DNA of 64,000 nucleotides. Origin: Nemertoderma westbladi (lineage: Eukaryota; Animalia; Xenacoelomorpha). The stretch spans positions 1 to 64,000 of the forward strand of contig JAUCBJ010001715.1 in NCBI GenBank assembly GCA_032718475.1, given 5' to 3'. The notes beneath the pieces were generated by a model. The model made no database searches. It was not told where the DNA came from and was given only the letters and a program-made list of their open reading frames with translations. Shown piece after piece: positions 52,674 through 64,000 of this stretch (position 1 is its first letter; each line of letters starts with the position of its first letter). The translations under genes were made by a program, and so were the position numbers.

Positions 52674-55530
52674 GGTATTAGTACGTTTGAACGACACTAG
52701 CCGAACATGCCTGAAATCAGATAAATAATGGTACCGGTACCGGTATAGCAGTATGTGAGCAATCTTGAGGATTGCGCAGGTATTAGGCCTATTTATTAAG
52801 TTCTTGGAGGGGAATTTATTATTTTAATATAATCTATAGGCCTATTGGTATAGCTGAGCAACAGGTATGAGGCTCTTGCCTCTGAGGCGGCAGATCACTG
52901 TCAGAAACAGTTCCTGTATACCCTCGAAACAGGAAAAGGGCCCCCTGGACTGACAACAAAATTCAGAAGTGCCGAAATGACCTTCATAAGGCGCAGAAGG
53001 AGTCCCGACTCAAACAGACTACAGCGGCCAAGAATGCAGTTAAGGCTGCATCTAGGTCCCTGAACAGGCAGTACTCTGTTAATCTACAGAGCTAATAAAC
53101 CAACAGGTTGATGCCATCAATGATGCTGACGACAGCAGGCAATCATCACAGGCATGGAAATCGACCAATCTGCTTACTGGGCGGAAAAGCCAACCAACCA
53201 CCAAGGTTAAGGCTGAATCACCAGCCGATCGCCTCAATGGTTGGAAAGCCCACTTTGAAAAGCTCCTCAATAATTACAGGGTATTGCCTGATAACTTTAT
53301 AGAAGTAAAAGTGTCTGAGTCTGTACTCCCAGATATTCCCATTGGCGATATCTCCTTTGCAGAAGTGGAGGCTGCTGCAAAGAGCATTAAGACCAATCGT
53401 GCCAGTGGAGTAGATGGTGTCCCCCCTGAGGTCTTTAAAATACCTGAGTGTTTAAAGCTCATCTATCCCATCATAGTAGACATGTACCGAACAACAAGAG
53501 TCCCACAAGAAATGAAAACAAATAAGTTGGTGCCAGTTCCCAAGAAGGGCAACCTAACACTCTATGGTTCTTTTCGGGGAATCTCATTGATCTCGATTGC
53601 TGCAAAGCTATACAATAGGATTCTATTAAATCGCATCAGGGATTCCATTGAGAGACTGCTACGTGGAAATCAGAATGGGTTCCGTAAAGGTCGTGGGACC
53701 ATGGAGCCCATTTTGGCACTTAGAAGGATAATTGAAGAATTGTCAAAAAAGAAAGACAGGCATCTGGCTGTTATCTTTGTTGACTTCTTCAAGGCCTTTG
53801 ATTCAGTCTCTCGCTCACGTATATTCAGCATACTTTCATTATATGGGATTCCTGATGAAATTATTGCAGCAATCAGATCAGTATACGATGGTTCGACAAC
53901 ATTTGTATCTACTGTTGACGGTGACACAGAACCATTTGAAGTGTTATGGGGCGTCCTCCAAGGAGACACACTTGCACCATTCTTGTTCATTATTGTGGTT
54001 GACTATGTTCTACGCATGTCCTTAGATCATCATAATGATGATGGGGTGATGATAACTCCACCTACTGGCTCCAGAAGTCGAGGAAATCGTGCCAAGTACC
54101 TAACTGATCTAGACTTTGCTGATGACTTAGGAGTACTCTCAGAATCATTAGAGGGAGCCCAACGGCTCCTCGGCTCGTTGGAGCATGCTGCTTCTAGTGG
54201 TGGTCTTTTTATTAACTCCAGAAAGACCAAAGTTCTGACAGTTAACTTTGAAAGTCCTCAGCAAGTCTCTGATCGGATGAGCATAAGCTCAAAGGATGGT
54301 ATGCTTGAGCATGTGGACGACTTCTGTTACCTGGGATCATGGATCCGGAAGTCAGGTGAGGACCTTCGAATACGTAAGGGAAAGGCATGGGCAGCCTTGA
54401 ATAGGCTTTCCAGGATTTGAGGATTTGGAAGTAACCGAGAATTAATCGGAAACTTAAGGTCCGATTATTTAGAGCAGCAGTAGTTCCAGTACTCCTCTAC
54501 GGGAGTCCATGCTGGGCTCTAACTAACTGCTGAGGACACCAAATCTCTGGATGGCACATTCACAAGAATGCTACGCCGGGTTCATTGTGTCAAGTACAAT
54601 GCACACATCTCCAACCAGACACTATATAACATGGGAGGTGTCTCATTGGTTCCCCCAAGCTTGACACTAGAACAAAATCGCCTCCGCTTTGCAGGACATT
54701 GCTTTCGCCGTGAGGACCAGCCAGTGCATAATCTTGTACTTTGGCAGCCTCACGGAGTGAATAAGCATGGTGGACAGCCCATGACTTTCTTGAGACGCAT
54801 CTTAAAGGACACTGGCCTTAAAGATGCGGATGATCTAGCAAATGTCATGGGTGATAGGGAGTTGTGGCGGTGCAATTTTGTTGACAAGCCGGCACAGCAT
54901 TCTTAAAAATGCAGCTGCAATGCAGCATGCCGATCGTAGTAGTAGTAGTAGGATTGCAAGCGTTGTTGCGACATGATTGTATATTTCATATGCTGATATG
55001 GCGGCCATGAAAAGAGCCGCTTGGGTTGGTTAGATCATATCGTACAGTAGTTGGACTTTGGACATGAGTGGACATTCAGTACTACCGGTAGTAATGCTTG
55101 AAATAAGCAAGGAGATTACAAGCACAACTTTGGATTGTGCAGCACAACCTGGAAAAGACAAAGACGTAGGGTTGGTTGCCCATTTGGTTGTAGAGTACGG
55201 GAGAGAAGCTCCTCAATAGCGCAAATTCAATAACACACTCCTCCAGTCTCGATCAGTTTACCGACCTCGAGGAAATTAAATTAAGCCATGCCATGACAGA
55301 GACAGAGTAGGCCCAATTACAGTAATAGTAGGCCTAGGCCTAGTGCTCTTGTATAAATACAATATAACACAATAAACAATAAAAGTAATAGGCCCATTAG
55401 TATAAAACAATATCCGCATTGTGCTGAAGATGGCGAACAATACTGCTGTACCGGTACCGGTACCAATTTTTATCAGTTTCTATCAGATTTCAGGCTTGAT
55501 CGGCTAGTGTCGTTCAAACGTACTAATACC
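52674..55530. mobile_element. TIR element with 9-bp TSD (MULE-like), hosting an RTE copy
   Basis: TIR GGTATTAGTACGTTTGAACGACACTAGCCGA; TSD CTAGATAGG at 52665-73 and 55531-39. Confidence 0.8.
52852..54951 (+). mobile_element. 5'-truncated RTE LINE, same family as 21391-25152
   Basis: ORFs 53284-54420 and 54568-54906 are nearly identical to the full-length copy; (TAG)n tail. Confidence 0.95.
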
Positions 55531-55867
55531 CTAGATAGGCTTAAATATTTTTGTATGGTGTATCACACTGTAATAATTTATATTATTGTTTTTTTTTGGT
55601 TCGCAGCTCCACGAAAGGCCCACTCATGTTTACATCACCACGTACAGTACCGGTATTTCGGTGTTGTGTGTTACCGCGCACTTTCGATGTTGTGTTCTGT
55701 TCATGTTACCGCTCATTTTCGATGTTCTGTTCATGCCACCACGCACTTTTGTTCCGATTCCTCGAATAATTATGGTGTTTTTTTTCGTGATTTTTACACC
55801 CCATTTGCAATTGGCTATTAATCGGGTGGTTTGGGTCATTTTATGGTCATTGTTTGAAAGGGGCATT

Positions 55868-56607
55868 TAAGCTCTAGGGACGGCTTGCTTGAGCACGTGG
55901 TTGACTTCTGGTACTTGGGATTATGGATTCGAAATTCAGACCTTCCGATATGTAAGGGGAAGGCATGGGCGGCGTAAAATAGTTTGTACATGATTTGGAA
56001 GTCCAATAGAATAAAACGGAAACTTAAGGTTAGATTATTTATTATGGCTGTAGTAGTACCGGTACTCTTATCCTGTACGGGAGTCCATGCTGGGTTCTAA
56101 CTGCTGCTGAGGACACCAAATCTCTGGATGGCACTTTCTCAAGAATGCTGTGTTGGGCTCATTGTGTCAAGTACAATGAACACATCTCCAACCGTAGCCT
56201 CTATCAGTCTATACAACCTTGGAGGTGTTTCATTAGTCTCCCCTAGCTTGACACTTGAACAGAACTGCCCCCGCTTTGCATGACATTGCTTTTGCCGTCA
56301 GAACCAGCCAGTGCATAATCTTGCGCTTATGGCGTCCTCATTGAGTGAATAAGCATGGTGGCAGCCCGTGAATTTCGTGAAACGCCTCCTAAAGGACTCT
56401 GGCCTTTGAATAATGTGAATAATCTCCTTAAATTCATGGGGGATAGGGAGTTGTGGCGGTGCAACTTTGATTGGCATAGCATTCTTAATGCACGCTCAAT
56501 TGGGCTTGTCAATTGTGAATTGCATGATGGTGAGAATATGTTTTTGTTATGCTGGCATAGCATCTCAATGTGCAGTTTCAATGCAGCAGGCCGATTATAG
56601 TAGTAGT
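55868..56607 (+). mobile_element. Older, degenerate RTE 3' fragment
   Basis: Diverged match to the RTE C-terminal coding region and 3' UTR; ends TAGTAGTAG. Confidence 0.85.
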
Positions 56608-57191
56608 TATCCCACCTGACTTTGTCACCTGATCCTATATTCAAATGACTACATAACGGTACAAATGCAATCAACATTTCTGTATTTGTTCGGTTGTTGT
56701 TTAAAATAGAGGAAAAATTACGGAAAATATATTGTACAGATATTAAAGTAAAATAAAGTATATTACACAGTAAAATATACATAAACTTTATGTTGTAAGT
56801 GAATACTACCACTTAATGAATGGGAGAATATTTTAGGCTCGTTAAGCCAAGGTATGCCTGTTCACCAATATAGGTGATCTTCCACAGTAAGTTCCCATTT
56901 ATCCACCAGATAAGGGTGAAAGCCAGGTTTAGGCTAGGAATGATTGGGAGCCCAGGAATGTCACCACTAAACCAGGGTGCTGCATATACTATACCACTTA
57001 AACAACCGTAACAAAACTATAGTGAGTTTCAAAATTCCCACATTGGAAACCGCCAATCACGAGCGTTTGTTTCCGTTAATTTTTTAATTTTCCGGTAGCT
57101 TATTTTTATAGCGTTAACCGTCGACCTACTTACCAACCGAGAGACACCGTCCAGACCAGACACGTATGACACCTACCTATCCTACAATTTA

Positions 57192-57340
57192 CTGTGGCTG
57201 AAAGCGGCCAATTTTTATTTTGATCAACAATGTTATTTTAATTTCAACCTGGGTTGAAATTCAAAAAAAAAAATTTTGATAAAAATAATAATTAAAAAAT
57301 GTAGTGCCAAGTTAATTATTTTGTCCGCTTTCAGCCACCG
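57192..57340 (-). mobile_element. 149-bp MITE with TA TSD, sharing TIRs with the PRDM9 intron
   Basis: TA|CTGTGGCTGAAAGCGGCC...GTCCGCTTTCAGCCACCG|TA. Confidence 0.85.
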
Positions 57341-57509
57341 TATACAATAGCTTAATTTAGCAAGCTACTACAGTACCTACTGTATCACTGAATATGTTAT
57401 ATTCGTTTTGCAGTTTATGTTCTACTTCTAGAATAACAAAAATTCCAACTGTATTGTAATAGTATATTGTATTTTTAAATCACTTTATATCATATATTTA
57501 CTCTTCGAG

Positions 57510-62819
<5,310 letters not shown>

Positions 62820-63927
62820 ACTGTTGTTTATCGAGGGAAGGAAAGTCTCTAGTCTCTCGATCTGATTAATTACCTGAACTTCTTCTTTCCCTCAAGGAAG
62901 AATAGACTAAATAAATTATATTAGGATTCGTTTTATTAATAAATAATTTATAATTAAATTAATTAATTTATACCTAATGTATACCTTATTTAATTTGTTC
63001 ATTAATTTAGTACCTACTGTAATAATTAATTAATAATATAATATAATTTATGTAATTTATTTTTGAAGTTATTATTTGTGAGTGTCTCTCTATAGTTAGC
63101 TCTGCATAAAAGTATCAGACAACTTTTACAAATTGTTGGTTATTAAAAGTTAACATTATTAATAACAAACATGAAAATTTATATAAAGTTACAGCACCAC
63201 CTAGCGGCGGAGAATCAATTCCAAATACGTCTGATAGATTTGTTGCCAAACCTCTTTACTCTATCAAAAAAACTATCACGTTATTTGAGTCCAAACTGTG
63301 ATAGTCTTAGTGTTTAAAGTGCAACCCACGCATTTTTCTACGTAAACTAGTTAACTAATATATTTATTTATGAAAAATAAAGTCAAACCTATAGAATAAC
63401 AATATTAGGTACCGGTACTGTTGTACCTAAATGAATATTTTAACCAAAACCGGCTTCTTAAGTTATAAAGATATTGTGCGACAATTTTCTATCTGTGCCA
63501 AAATGTTACCTAATGAATTTATTGTAGTGTGCGTTGTGTTGTTTTTATCTCATGGTAATCCAGTACGTACGATTTTAAATGAATAAACTGTTTTATTTTT
63601 AACCCTTAATGTTTTCGGAATTGCGTCTAACATTCTCCATCGAGAGTTGCAATAACTATGTAAAGTAAATGTTACGATGTAAAGTAGGACTTTATGGTGT
63701 GGTAATGGGCCTAAAATATGCCGGATTGGATAAACTTGGTGAACATCCTCTCTTCCTTTAATTGATAATTTTTAATTGAGACCAGATATTAATTCGCTGA
63801 GATGGGATTTGCGCCAAGTTTCCCTCCTACTGTATATCATATAACATAATAATCTCCATATTTAGAGATAATATTGTTACATATTTTTATTTATTTTGTT
63901 CAGCTTTTCGACGAATTGACGCCTGTG

Positions 63928-64000
63928 GAGAAGTGAGTCCCTCGGTTTGTATCACGAGAAGTGAGTCCCTCGGTTTGTATCACGAGAAGTGAGTCCCTCG
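63928..64000. repeat. 28-bp tandem repeat running off the window end
   Basis: GAGAAGTGAGTCCCTCGGTTTGTATCAC x ~2.6. Confidence 0.9.

Noticed and set aside
56830-56985. Minus-strand SINE-like fragment
   Set aside because: Only a faint resemblance to tRNA-SINE core sequences; too decayed to support.

Overview
Repeat-dense metazoan (invertebrate-like) DNA; the organism cannot be named from the sequence. Three host genes are supported. (1) A 3-exon, ~160-aa, four-TM protein absent from the ORF track (32259-36292 +). (2) An intronless DNAJB-type Hsp40 (40666-41664 -), whose last codons and stop are amplified into a ~35-copy tandem array. (3) A PRDM9-like gene with KRAB, SSXRD, Zn knuckle, PR/SET and C2H2 array (57510-62819 +); its only apparent intron is a TIR transposon whose termini supply GT and AG. 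The rest is mostly nested mobile DNA: BEL/Pao pieces, CR1/L2-group and RTE LINEs, pogo-, hAT-, piggyBac- and MULE-like elements, a Helitron, and satellites. The least explained region is 1-17.7 kb. It holds two diverged copies of an unrecognised ORF cassette flanking a BEL/Pao gag-pol, a ~2.3-kb imperfect hairpin, and twin pre-miRNA-like hairpins with a compensatory change. All alignments and folds were done by eye; no searches or folding programs were run.
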